In this document: positions 19,544-28,640 of the stretch, piece after piece
Layout: every line of letters begins with the position of its first letter
Numbering within the stretch: the first letter of the stretch is position 1
The notes under the pieces: generated by a model
What the model was told of the DNA's origin: nothing
Database searches by the model: none
What the model saw: only the letters and a program-made list of their open reading frames with translations
Program-made: the position numbers and the translations under genes
Origin: Myxococcota bacterium
GTDB taxonomy: Bacteria; Myxococcota_A; UBA796; UBA2385
Direction: 5' to 3'
Assembly (NCBI GenBank): GCA_044344255.1
Contig: JBIJDH010000009.1
Span: 191,251 to 255,250, forward strand
DNA: 64,000 nt

Positions 19544-20389
19544 ATGGCCCGCTCCACCCCCACCGCGGCTCCCCCGACGCGGGAACCGCTGAAGACCACA
19601 CTGCCGGACGGCACGGAGGTCTATTGCCTGCTCAAGAGCGAGGCCCTGGTCCTCGACCATCACATCCACGGCTACCTCACCCACGGCATCGAGATCCGGG
19701 CGGGCGACGTTGTCTTTGACGTGGGCGGCAACATCGGACTCTTCGGCGTGCGGGCCTTCCAACGCTGCAACGGAGACGTCACGGTCTACGCCTTCGAGCC
19801 GGTGCCCCCCACCTACGAGGTGATGCGGCGCAATTTCGAAGCGCTCGGCAGCGCGCGGATGGTGCCGATGTCCTGCGGGCTCTCACGGGCGGCGGGCACC
19901 GCGACCTTCCAGTACTACCCGAACAGCCCGGCGCTCTCGACCGCACACCCAGAGGCCTGGTCCGAAGATCCGAAGCGCCTCGAGAAGGCCGTCCAGAGCA
20001 ACCTCGCGAACCCGCCGCCCGAGATGGCCTGGGCGAAGTGGCTGCCGAGCTTCCTCAGCCGCTTCGTGGCCCGCCACCTCCAGCGAGGGGCGGTCTCCTT
20101 CACCTGCGAGCTCCGGACCGTGTCCCAGATCATGCGGGAGGCGAAGCTCTCGCGAATCGACCTGCTCAAGGTCGACTGCGAGGGGGCGGAGCTCGAGGTG
20201 CTCCTCGGCATCGAGCCCGCTGATTGGCCGCACATCGGCGCCGTCGTCGCCGAGGTGCACGATCTCGAAGGCCGCCTCGGCGTCGTCCGTGACCTCCTCC
20301 TCACCCAGGGCTTCACGAAGCTCGCCGTGGAGCAGGAGGGGGGGATGGAAGACACCGGTCTCTACAACATCTTCGCCACCCGCGGCTGA
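19544..20389 (+). CDS. FkbM-family SAM-dependent methyltransferase
   Basis: [28 protein letters not shown] and EVHD motifs. Confidence 0.9.
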   Translation: MARSTPTAAPPTREPLKTTLPDGTEVYCLLKSEALVLDHHIHGYLTHGIEIRAGDVVFDVGGNIGLFGVRAFQRCNGDVTVYAFEPVPPTYEVMRRNFEALGSARMVPMSCGLSRAAGTATFQYYPNSPALSTAHPEAWSEDPKRLEKAVQSNLANPPPEMAWAKWLPSFLSRFVARHLQRGAVSFTCELRTVSQIMREAKLSRIDLLKVDCEGAELEVLLGIEPADWPHIGAVVAEVHDLEGRLGVVRDLLLTQGFTKLAVEQEGGMEDTGLYNIFATRG

Positions 20390-20507
20390 CCGCCTCCCGG
20401 GGCCGAAGGGGTGGTCCGGCGCCGCTGCGCCCGCCGCCGGGCCTCCCTTGACCCACCCCCCGGTCCGGGTGACAGGGGCGCCCCTTATAGCGCCAGGGGA
20501 GACGCTC

Positions 20508-21452
20508 ATGATCGCCGACATCAAGATCTTCACGGGGAACGCCAACCCCGAGCTCGCGAACGGTATCGCCGACTACCTCGAGTACCCGATGGGGCGGGCC
20601 AGCGTCAGCCGGTTCAGCGACGGGGAGATCAACGTGGAGATCGCGGACAACGTCCGTGGGCGGGACGTCTTCCTCATCCAGCCGACGAGCTCCCCCGCCA
20701 ATGACCACCTGATGGAGCTGCTGATCATGGCGGACGCCTGCAAGCGGGCCTCCGCCGGGCGGATCACCGCGGTCATCCCGTACTACGGCTACGCGCGCCA
20801 AGACCGTAAGGCCGCCCCCCGAGCTCCGATCACCGCCAAGCTGGTGGCAGACCTCCTCTCGACGGCCAGCCTCGACCGAATCCTCACGATGGAGCTTCAC
20901 GCGGGTCAGATCCAGGGCTTCTTCAACATGCCGGTCGACAACCTCTTCACCAGCCCGATCCTCTGCCGCTTCTTGCAGCAGGAGCTCACCCTGGAGAACC
21001 CGGTCATCGTCTCCCCCGACGCCGGAGGCGTCGAACGCGCGAGGGCCTTCGCCAACCGCCTGGGGGCCAGCCTCGCGATCATCGACAAGCGGCGCAGCGC
21101 CCCCAACGTGGCGGAGGTGATGCACATCATCGGCGACGTGCGCGGCAAGACCGCGCTGATCGTAGACGACATGATCGACACCGCCGGCACACTGACCAAG
21201 GCGGCCAAGGCGGTCTCCGACAATGGGGCGAGCCGGGTGCTGGCGGTGGCCACCCACGCCGTGCTCTCTGGCCCCGCGGTCCAGCGAATCCAGGACAGCG
21301 TGCTCGAGCGGGTCGTCGTCACCGACACCATCCCGCTCCGCGCCGACGCGCGCGCCTGCCCGAAGATCAGCGTGGTTTCCGTCGCCTCCCTCTTCGGCGA
21401 CGCCATCCGAGCCATCCACCACAACGACTCGGTCAGCCGCCTCTTCGTGTGA
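20508..21452 (+). CDS. prs: Ribose-phosphate pyrophosphokinase
   Basis: [33 protein letters not shown]. Confidence 0.97.
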   Translation: MIADIKIFTGNANPELANGIADYLEYPMGRASVSRFSDGEINVEIADNVRGRDVFLIQPTSSPANDHLMELLIMADACKRASAGRITAVIPYYGYARQDRKAAPRAPITAKLVADLLSTASLDRILTMELHAGQIQGFFNMPVDNLFTSPILCRFLQQELTLENPVIVSPDAGGVERARAFANRLGASLAIIDKRRSAPNVAEVMHIIGDVRGKTALIVDDMIDTAGTLTKAAKAVSDNGASRVLAVATHAVLSGPAVQRIQDSVLERVVVTDTIPLRADARACPKISVVSVASLFGDAIRAIHHNDSVSRLFV

Positions 21453-21497
21453 GCGCTGGCCGGAGCGGCGGTCCAGCCTCGGTCGGGCCCGACTCGC

Positions 21498-21526
21498 TTG
21501 ACGAGGCCGATCCCGTCGGCTAAATG
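21498..21526 (+). promoter_or_regulatory. Candidate sigma70 promoter upstream of rplY
   Basis: TTGACG-17 nt-TAAATG followed by a GC-rich discriminator. A similar TTGCCG-17-TAGATG precedes tRNA-Gln (18640-18668). Confidence 0.4.
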
Positions 21527-21563
21527 GCCGGGCCAAACATCTTGAAGGCCCCAATGGCCCCAG

Positions 21564-21734
21564 GATGTGCGGAACTCCGACTCTCCCGAGCCGGCTCCTC
21601 GCGTGTCGGTCCTCCCCAGGGCCCGCAGTCCAAGACACGCAGAGCCGAGCCCGCCGCCCTCCGCGGTGAGCTCTACCGGCGCCGGAACACCTGGGCTGCC
21701 CGTGATGCTCGAGCATCGCGGAGTCGGACACATC
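21564..21734 (+). ncRNA. Candidate structured RNA / rplY leader (family unassigned)
   Basis: Nested complementary segments closing a multibranch fold; see findings. Confidence 0.4.
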
Positions 21735-21830
21735 TGACTCTCCCGTTCGACGGCGTCATTTGACCCCGTCGGCTTCCCCGCAGGGTGCGGACCGCACCTG
21801 GCGCTCGAACATCGACTTCGAGGAGTGACC

Positions 21831-22409
21831 ATGGACTCAATCAACCTCTCCGCGACCTCCCGCGACACCAGCGGCAAGAGCGCCAACCGCAAGCTCCGCC
21901 GCGCCGGCCAGATCCCCGCCGTGGTCTACACGTCGGGCGGCGTGGCCACCTCGGTCAGCGTCGATCCCAAGACGCTGGAGCTTGGCTTCGCGAAGACCAA
22001 GAACCCGAGCACCCTGGTCAACCTGGAGGTGGCCGACGCCACCCGGATCTGCCTCGTCAAGGCCGTGCAGCGCCACCCGGTCTCCAAGGTCCTCCGTCAC
22101 GTCGACTTCTACGAGGTCCACCCCGACGACGACATCATGGTGGTGGTCAAGGTCGTCCCGGTTGGCACCGCGGCGGGCGTGAAGGCCGGCGGTGTGATGC
22201 GCCTCGTCCGCCGAAGCCTGGACATCGTCTGCAAGCCCCGCGACATCCCCCGCACCATCGACATCGACGTGTCCAACTTCGAGATCGGCACCATCCTCAA
22301 GGTCTCCCAGCTCACCCTCCCCGAGGGCTGCAGCATCCAGGGCGGCGGTGACTTCAACATGCTCACCGTCCTTGGCAAGCGCGCCGAGACCGAGCGCGGT
22401 GGGGCCTGA
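21831..22409 (+). CDS. rplY: 50S ribosomal protein L25 (Ctc type)
   Basis: GKSANRKLRRAGQIPAVVY, QRHPV, HVDFY; position between prs and pth; GAGGAG RBS. Confidence 0.95.
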   Translation: MDSINLSATSRDTSGKSANRKLRRAGQIPAVVYTSGGVATSVSVDPKTLELGFAKTKNPSTLVNLEVADATRICLVKAVQRHPVSKVLRHVDFYEVHPDDDIMVVVKVVPVGTAAGVKAGGVMRLVRRSLDIVCKPRDIPRTIDIDVSNFEIGTILKVSQLTLPEGCSIQGGGDFNMLTVLGKRAETERGGA

Positions 22410-22412
22410 TCC

Positions 22413-23009
22413 GTGTGGTTGGTGGTCGGGCTCGGCAACCCGGGGAAGCGCTATGAGCGGACCCGGCACAACATCGGCTTTCTGGCCGTGGAGCGCTTCG
22501 CCGAGCGCTGGTCCATCAACCCCGACGCCCGAGACCTCTTCGGAGGGAAGGTGGGCGAAGGTCGGGTGCGGGATGAACGCTGCGTGGTCCTCCGGCCACA
22601 GTCCTTCATGAACCTCTCCGGCCAGCCGGTGGTGTCCGTGGCGGGCTTCTACAAGGTGCCGCTGGAGAAGGTCGTCGTCGTCCACGATGACGTCGACCTC
22701 CCCTTCGCCGACGTCCGCTGCAAGCTGGGCGGCGGGCATGGCGGCCACAACGGCCTCCGCGACATCAGTCGCGCGATGACCGGGGGTCACCCTCGGGTGC
22801 GCTTCGGTGTCGGCCGCCCCCCCGAGGGCTGGGAGACCGCGGACTGGGTGCTCGGAAAGTGGAGCGGGGTCGAAGAGGCCGCCCTCCCCACCGCCATCGA
22901 TCAGGTGGCCACCGTGCTGGAGTCCATCCTCCAAGACGGGGTCAGCGCAGCGATGAACCGGTTCAACACCCGCCCCAAGGCTGGGGTCGCCCCCAGCGCC
23001 TCGGCTTGA
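22413..23009 (+). CDS. pth: Peptidyl-tRNA hydrolase
   Basis: LVVGLGNPG, TRHNIGF, FMNLSG, HDD, GHNGL. Confidence 0.97.
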   Translation: MWLVVGLGNPGKRYERTRHNIGFLAVERFAERWSINPDARDLFGGKVGEGRVRDERCVVLRPQSFMNLSGQPVVSVAGFYKVPLEKVVVVHDDVDLPFADVRCKLGGGHGGHNGLRDISRAMTGGHPRVRFGVGRPPEGWETADWVLGKWSGVEEAALPTAIDQVATVLESILQDGVSAAMNRFNTRPKAGVAPSASA

Positions 23010-23109
23010 CCGGTCGGGCGCTCCTCCGTCACCCTCGTCTCCGTCTATCTTGTTTCTCTGTGTCTCCTGTTTTCGAGTTTTATGTTCCCTGTGTCTCTTT
23101 ATGGCTTTG

Positions 23110-23200
23110 GGGGCTTCGGCCCCTGAACCCCGGCCTTCGGGCCGGGCCCCTCCGCGGGGGCGGATCCACCGCCCCCCGAACTGGACCGAGTGGAGGTTCG
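23110..23200 (+). promoter_or_regulatory. Structured rpsF leader (candidate S6:S18 autoregulatory element)
   Basis: Two UUCG hairpins, a GC hairpin, a CCTCC able to pair with the GGAGG SD, and CCG next to the SD. Confidence 0.45.
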
Positions 23201-23207
23201 AGCAACA

Positions 23208-23672
23208 ATGCTCCATCATCACGAGTACGAGACGATCTATATCGCGCGTCCTGACATGGATGACGCGGAGGTCAAGCGCTTCAGCGACAAGTTCGAGCGC
23301 ATCATCGCCGAATACAAGGGCACCATGCTGGTGAACGAGGAGTGGGGTCGTCGCAAGATGGCCTACCCCATCAAGAAGCACCAGATGGGCCACTACACGT
23401 ACCTCAACTACGTCGGGCCCGCCGATCTCCCCGCCGAGCTCGAGCGCAATCTGCGCATCGAGGACAACCTCCTCCGCTTCCTGACCATCCTCCTCGCCGA
23501 GGACGTCGAAGTCGAAGAGCGCCGCACCCTCGCCCTCGATCGTCAGCGCAAGCGCGCCGAGAAGCTCGCTGCGATGCTTCAAGACGACGAGAACGAAGAC
23601 CTCGGGGATGACGATCTCGGCGGACGCCGTGACCGCGACAGCGGCCGCGACGAGGTCGAGGACGACGAGTAG
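23208..23672 (+). CDS. rpsF: 30S ribosomal protein S6
   Basis: YETIYIARP, WGRRKMAYPIKK, LLRFL; long acidic tail. Confidence 0.96.
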   Translation: MLHHHEYETIYIARPDMDDAEVKRFSDKFERIIAEYKGTMLVNEEWGRRKMAYPIKKHQMGHYTYLNYVGPADLPAELERNLRIEDNLLRFLTILLAEDVEVEERRTLALDRQRKRAEKLAAMLQDDENEDLGDDDLGGRRDRDSGRDEVEDDE

Positions 23673-23723
23673 GCTCGCTGAACCAAGGGGCGCCCGAGCG
23701 GCGTCTCCAAAGGAGAACTTCCA

Positions 23724-23954
23724 ATGTCTCGTTTCCGTCGTCTGGGTCGGCGCAAGGTTTGCCGTTTCTGCGCTGACAAGACCGTCACCATCGACTACAA
23801 AGATCCGAAGCTGCTCCGCAACTTCATCACCGAGCGGGGCAAGGTCGTGCCGCGCCGCATCTCCGGCAACTGCGCGCGCCATCAGCGCGAGCTGGCCGTG
23901 GCGATCAAGCGGGCCCGTCACATCGCCTTCCTGCCCTTCCTCGCGCTCGAGTAG
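23724..23954 (+). CDS. rpsR: 30S ribosomal protein S18 (zinc-binding C+ form)
   Basis: [27 protein letters not shown]. Confidence 0.97.
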   Translation: MSRFRRLGRRKVCRFCADKTVTIDYKDPKLLRNFITERGKVVPRRISGNCARHQRELAVAIKRARHIAFLPFLALE

Positions 23955-23963
23955 GGGGCTCAC

Positions 23964-24404
23964 ATGAAGGTCATTCTCCAGCAGGAAGTCGCCAACCTCG
24001 GCAAGACCGGGGACGTCGTGAAGGTCCGGGACGGTTACGGCCGTAACTTCCTGATCCCGCGCGGCCTCGCCACCCTCGCCGACGAGCGCAACGTCGCCCG
24101 CATCGCCCACCTCCAGCAGGTGGCCGCTGCCACGGCCGCCCGCGAGCTCGCCAGCGCGCGGGAGCTGGCCGACAAGCTCTCCAGCGTCGCCATCACCATC
24201 AAGCGGGAAGCGGGCGCCGAGAACAAGCTGTTCGGCTCCGTGACCAACCGCGACGTGGCGGAGGCCCTGGTCGCCGAGGGCTACAACATCGATCGTAAGC
24301 AGGTGATCCTCCCGGAGCCCATCCGGACGATCGGCCTCAACCACGTGCCCATCAAGCTGCACCGCGACGTGCAGACCCAGATCAAGGTCTACGTCCTCCA
24401 CTAG
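23964..24404 (+). CDS. rplI: 50S ribosomal protein L9
   Basis: MKVIL...LGKTGDVVKVRDGYGRNFLIP and KLFGSVT. Confidence 0.97.
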   Translation: MKVILQQEVANLGKTGDVVKVRDGYGRNFLIPRGLATLADERNVARIAHLQQVAAATAARELASARELADKLSSVAITIKREAGAENKLFGSVTNRDVAEALVAEGYNIDRKQVILPEPIRTIGLNHVPIKLHRDVQTQIKVYVLH

Positions 24405-24420
24405 ACCGGGCACAGCGGGC

Positions 24421-24448
24421 CCCCGGCGAGGCTCCCCCCTCGCCGGGG
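24421..24448 (+). other. GC-rich hairpin between rplI and dnaB (attenuator or mRNA-stabilising stem)
   Basis: CCCCGGCGAGG-loop-CCTCGCCGGGG; no strong U-tract. Confidence 0.45.
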
Positions 24449-24488
24449 CGTCTGTTGAGCAGGTACCCTCCTTGAAGGAGCGCGCGGC

Positions 24489-25844
24489 ATGGAGAACAGC
24501 CGTCCCCTTCCCCGCAGCCCGGAGGCCGAACGTGCGGTCCTCGGCGGGCTGATGCTCGACCCCGAGCGGGTCGCCGGCGTCGCGGAGCGCGTGGTCGCCG
24601 AGGACTTCTATCGGGAGTCCCACCAGCGCCTCTTCCAGCTCATGGTCGACATGAGCGAGCGCGGTCAGCCGACCGAGATGTTCGCCGTGGTCGACGCCAT
24701 CGTGAAGGCGGGCCGCGAAGAGGAGATGGGCGGGGTCGCGTATGTGAGCGCGCTGCCCGACAACGTCCCCAGCACCGAGAACATCGAGTACTACGCGGGC
24801 ATCATCCGAGAGCGCGCCGTCTCGCGCCGCTTGATCGAGGGCGCTCAGCGCATCACCGAGGAGGCCCTCAGCGGCGCCCATGAGCTGCCCAACCTGCTCG
24901 ACCTCGCCGAGTCGACGATCTTTCAGGTCACCCAGGACCGGTCGGCGGCCGACTGGTCCAGACTCTCCACCGTGGTCGACGGCGAGATCGTCCGAATCCA
25001 GGGGCTGAGCGCCAACCAGGGCGACGTCACCGGGCTCTCCACGGGCTTCGTCGAGCTGGACCGGATGCTGGCCGGCCTCCACCCCTCCGACCTCCTCATC
25101 CTCGCCGCTCGACCTGCGATGGGGAAGACTGCCTTCGTGCTCAACATCGCCCGCAACGTCGCGGGAACGCCGGACGGCGACCCCATCGCCGGGGTCGGGG
25201 TCTTCTCGCTCGAGATGAGCCGCGGCCAGCTCGCCACCCGCTTGCTCTGCGCAGAGGCCCGAGTCGACGCGGGGAAGATCCGCACCGGCTTCCTGTCGCA
25301 GTCCGAGGACTGGCCCGCGCTGATCAGCGCGTCGGAGCGGCTCTATCGGCTGCCAATCTACATCGATGACACCCCCGGGCTCACCCCCACACAGGTCAGG
25401 AGTAAGGCCCGTCGCCTCAAGGCCCAGGACCCCTCGCTCGGCCTCATCATCGTCGACTACATCGGCCTGATGGGCGGTGACGCCAAGATCAACCGGGAGC
25501 AGCAGGTGAGCGCGGCGAGCCGGGCCTTGAAGGGCCTCGCCAAGGAGCTCGGCATCACCGTGATCGCGCTCAGCCAGCTGAACCGCGGCGTCGAGAGCCG
25601 GCCCGACAAGCGCCCCCAGCTCTCGGACCTCCGCGAGTCCGGCGCCATCGAGCAGGACGCGGACGTCATCATGTTCATCTACCGCGACGAGTACTACAAC
25701 AAAGAGAGCACGAAGGTAGGCGAGGCCACCATCATCATCGCCAAGCAGCGAAACGGCGCCACCGGAGACGTCGACCTCGCCTTCCACGGGAAGTGGACGC
25801 GCTTCGACAACCTTCAGCGGGCCCCTGAGGGCTACTATCAGTGA
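24489..25844 (+). CDS. dnaB: Replicative DNA helicase
   Basis: AERAVLG, ARPAMGKT, SLEM, VDY, SQLNR, DLRESGAIEQDAD, KQRNG; no intein. Confidence 0.97.
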   Translation: MENSRPLPRSPEAERAVLGGLMLDPERVAGVAERVVAEDFYRESHQRLFQLMVDMSERGQPTEMFAVVDAIVKAGREEEMGGVAYVSALPDNVPSTENIEYYAGIIRERAVSRRLIEGAQRITEEALSGAHELPNLLDLAESTIFQVTQDRSAADWSRLSTVVDGEIVRIQGLSANQGDVTGLSTGFVELDRMLAGLHPSDLLILAARPAMGKTAFVLNIARNVAGTPDGDPIAGVGVFSLEMSRGQLATRLLCAEARVDAGKIRTGFLSQSEDWPALISASERLYRLPIYIDDTPGLTPTQVRSKARRLKAQDPSLGLIIVDYIGLMGGDAKINREQQVSAASRALKGLAKELGITVIALSQLNRGVESRPDKRPQLSDLRESGAIEQDADVIMFIYRDEYYNKESTKVGEATIIIAKQRNGATGDVDLAFHGKWTRFDNLQRAPEGYYQ

Positions 25845-26392
25845 TCGGGCTGCTCCTCCTCGTCGCGCAGGCCTGGGCGCTCGGCGGGAACGATCGGCTG
25901 GAGCTCGCGCTGATGGGCGGCCAAACCGTCGAGGGCTGGTTCTACCGGGCGACGCCGAGCTCGGTCGTGCTGTCGGGAGGCAACCGATTCACCGAGGTGC
26001 CCCTCGGCGTGATCGTCGGCGCCACCGTCAACGGCTCCCCTTGGACGGTGGCCGTGTTCAGCGCAGAGGTGGAGCGATCCGTCCCCAACATCCCGGAGCG
26101 CGCCCCGCGGCCTGCGCCCTGGGTCGCGGGTGCCGGCTCCGCCCTGTGGGCGGGGGCCGGTCAGGCGATGATCCACGACTGGCGGGGGGCCGCCGCCTGG
26201 TCGGCGGTCGAGGTCGGCCTGCTCGGCGCAGGGGCCCTGGCCCTCCACGAAGATGCGGGCTTCGGGGTGCTGATCCCGATCATCGGCCTCGACCTCTTGT
26301 TCAAGGGGACCTCTGCTCGGGACGCCGCGCGCCGCGCTCGGGCTCGGCGGATACCCGTGAAGCCCATCCCGCCCGATCTCATCGATCGGTAG
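25841..26392 (+). CDS. Hypothetical membrane protein
   Basis: GTGA overlap with the dnaB stop; signal peptide and C-terminal hydrophobic helices. Confidence 0.65.
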   Translation: MIGLLLLVAQAWALGGNDRLELALMGGQTVEGWFYRATPSSVVLSGGNRFTEVPLGVIVGATVNGSPWTVAVFSAEVERSVPNIPERAPRPAPWVAGAGSALWAGAGQAMIHDWRGAAAWSAVEVGLLGAGALALHEDAGFGVLIPIIGLDLLFKGTSARDAARRARARRIPVKPIPPDLIDR

Positions 26393-26650
26393 GGCTCCAT
26401 CGAAAAGTGGCGCCGGGGTTGACAGGCTGGGTTTCTGGCGAATAGCCGAGCCTGACTTACTTCAGCCTTACCGTTCAGGGGCCTGCCTCACCGGCTAGCT
26501 CATGTACGGGGTTGACGGGGCCGCTTGCACGTCCTTCTTTGATGATCCTGCTCAGCAGGACCACACCGCCATCCGCATCGAATTAGACGCCGAACCGTGT
26601 TCATGGCCCCCGCCAGGGTGCCGGTCCTCGTCCAGGAGCTCGTCGGAAAG

Positions 26651-27991
26651 ATGGAACAGCCAGAGCTGCTCAACGAATTCAACGCCTTCCTCTCGAAGTA
26701 CGCCCAGCACCGCGAGTACATCCGGCGGGCGCAGAGTCAGGCATCCCGATTCTCGAAGGCCATCATCGAGAAGGTGATGCTGGATCACGAGGTGAAAGCC
26801 TCCCAGATCGCCGACGACATCCTCCCGCTCGTCCCGTCGTTGCAGTCAGCGATCCGGACGATCGACGACGAGAAGGTCTCGATCCACAACGACAAGGCCG
26901 CTGCCGACGAGGAGATGGAGGAGCTGAACCTCCGCCTCGCGATCGGAGAGGTCACGGACGAGGAGTTCGAGAGCCTCGGCCACGAGCTCCGCGATCACCT
27001 CGAGGCCGCCAACGGCCGGCTGGGTGATCTCGACGGCGCTCGCGAGCACCTCGCGAAGGCGCTCGACAGCTGGGTCGCCCTCGCCGCCGAAGGCCAACAG
27101 CCCAACGGCCTCGAGGTCGCCGCGCCGCCCCCTGTGGTGGCCGCCCCTGCCGTCGTGCCGGCCGTCGTCGTGCCCGCCGCGGTCCCGCCCGCGGTGGCTG
27201 AGCCCCTGCCGCAGCCGGTCGTCGAGGCCCCCGCGCCGATCGCCCCACCGGCGCCGGTCGCTGAGACGATCGTCGAGCCGGACCTCGTGTCGATCCCGCT
27301 CCCGGTCCCCGCCCACATGGCCGAGACCGTGGTGCCCCCGGAGGCGGATGACGGGCAGCACACCTCCACCAGCCGCGTGAAGGATGACGTCTCCGCGGTC
27401 TTCGACAGCGCCCCGTCCGAGGCCGCTGTCCGCTTGACCGATGACGCGGCCGTGGCCGAGACCATCGAAGCCAACGCCGGCGAAGACGAGTTCGAGGTTG
27501 ACTTCGACGAGCCGGTAGAAGCTGGCCCGCCGATCTCGCACGCGCAGGTGTCCTCGGTCTCGGCGCTCTCCCCGCCGACCGACCCCGGCGCCCCGGCCTC
27601 CCCGGAGATGGACGTCTTCATCCCGGACCCGGACCACGACACCCAGCAGAACCTGTCCCAGGTGTCCGAGGCGCCCGCCAGCGCCGAAGATCAGGGTCGC
27701 CGCGCCATCCTCCTCTACCAGGAGAACACGGCCGACGAGCAGATCTACCCCTTCACGAACGACGTGCTCACCGTTGGACGCGGGCGGGACAACGACATCC
27801 AGATCCGCAACGACTCCAAGGTCTCCCGGTTCCATTGCAAGCTGTTCAAGCGCGGCGGCAACTTCTACGTCGAAGACAACAAGTCCTCGAACGGCACCCT
27901 GGTCAACGGCGAGCTCATCACCGAGCGGCGCCTCTTCGGCGGCGAAGAGGTCATCATCGGCGAGACCTTCTTCCGATTCCGGGTGCTGTAG
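26651..27991 (+). CDS. FHA-domain protein (N-terminal coiled coil, Pro/Ala/acidic linker, C-terminal FHA)
   Basis: GRGRDNDI...VSRFH...DNKSSNGTLVNG. Start could be GTG 26597. Confidence 0.88.
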   Translation: MEQPELLNEFNAFLSKYAQHREYIRRAQSQASRFSKAIIEKVMLDHEVKASQIADDILPLVPSLQSAIRTIDDEKVSIHNDKAAADEEMEELNLRLAIGEVTDEEFESLGHELRDHLEAANGRLGDLDGAREHLAKALDSWVALAAEGQQPNGLEVAAPPPVVAAPAVVPAVVVPAAVPPAVAEPLPQPVVEAPAPIAPPAPVAETIVEPDLVSIPLPVPAHMAETVVPPEADDGQHTSTSRVKDDVSAVFDSAPSEAAVRLTDDAAVAETIEANAGEDEFEVDFDEPVEAGPPISHAQVSSVSALSPPTDPGAPASPEMDVFIPDPDHDTQQNLSQVSEAPASAEDQGRRAILLYQENTADEQIYPFTNDVLTVGRGRDNDIQIRNDSKVSRFHCKLFKRGGNFYVEDNKSSNGTLVNGELITERRLFGGEEVIIGETFFRFRVL

Positions 27992-28007
27992 GACAGGCAG
28001 GGCGGAG

Positions 28008-28640
28008 ATGCAACGTTCAAGTCGGGGTCGCGTCAGCGGCCCCGTCTTTTTTACGACCCACGAAGCGGCTCAGCTCCTCGGCGTGAGCCTGCCGACGATC
28101 GTGAATTGGATCAAGGCCGGCCGAATCGAGGCTCACCGCACTCCGGGCGGGCACCGGCGCATCGCCCAGGCGGAGCTCCGACGCTTCGCTGGCGCCCACG
28201 CGCAGCCGATCGAGCTCCCGCCGGAGGCCGTCGACCCGCCCGGCCTCAAGCGGGTCCTCGTCGTGCACGCCGAGCGGGACTACAGCGAGATGGTGTGCGA
28301 GTTCCTGGGAATTCGGGCAGGCGTGCAGGCGAGGCTCGCGGACGGCGCGTTCAACGCCGGATACGAGCTCGGCCGCTTCCGGCCAGACCTCCTCATCCTC
28401 GACATGACGATGCCGGACCTCGACGGCTTCCGCTTGGCCCGTCAGCTCCGCGAAGACCCGGAGGCCCGCGGGCTCCGGCTGATCGGCCTGTCCGACATCC
28501 CCGATCCGCAGTTGGAGCAGCGCTCTGTGGAGCTGGGCTTCGATCGCGTGCTGCGAAAGCCGGCGCCCCTCGACAGCCTGCTGGAGGAGGTCAAGCTCAT
28601 CCTCCTCTCGGGGAGCCCCCCGATCCCGCCGCCTCGCTGA
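28008..28640 (+). CDS. Excisionase/MerR-like HTH fused to a receiver domain
   Basis: FTTHEAAQLLGVSLPTIVNWI...TPGGHRRI; receiver PDLLILDMTMPDLDG...KP. Confidence 0.85.
   Translation: MQRSSRGRVSGPVFFTTHEAAQLLGVSLPTIVNWIKAGRIEAHRTPGGHRRIAQAELRRFAGAHAQPIELPPEAVDPPGLKRVLVVHAERDYSEMVCEFLGIRAGVQARLADGAFNAGYELGRFRPDLLILDMTMPDLDGFRLARQLREDPEARGLRLIGLSDIPDPQLEQRSVELGFDRVLRKPAPLDSLLEEVKLILLSGSPPIPPPR

Noticed and set aside
18680..20500. Prophage or integrative element at tRNA-Gln
   Set aside because: No integrase, no duplicated tRNA 3' end found, and no obvious compositional shift.
21530..21830. rplY upstream region as 5S rRNA, 6S, SRP RNA or a known riboswitch; also the 79-aa ORF at 21524-21763
   Set aside because: Diagnostic conserved sequences of those RNAs were not found on either strand by eye. 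The small ORF lacks an RBS and coding-like composition.
28008..28200. Excisionase-like HTH as evidence of a mobile element
   Set aside because: It is fused to a receiver domain, a common chromosomal regulator architecture, and no recombinase is nearby.
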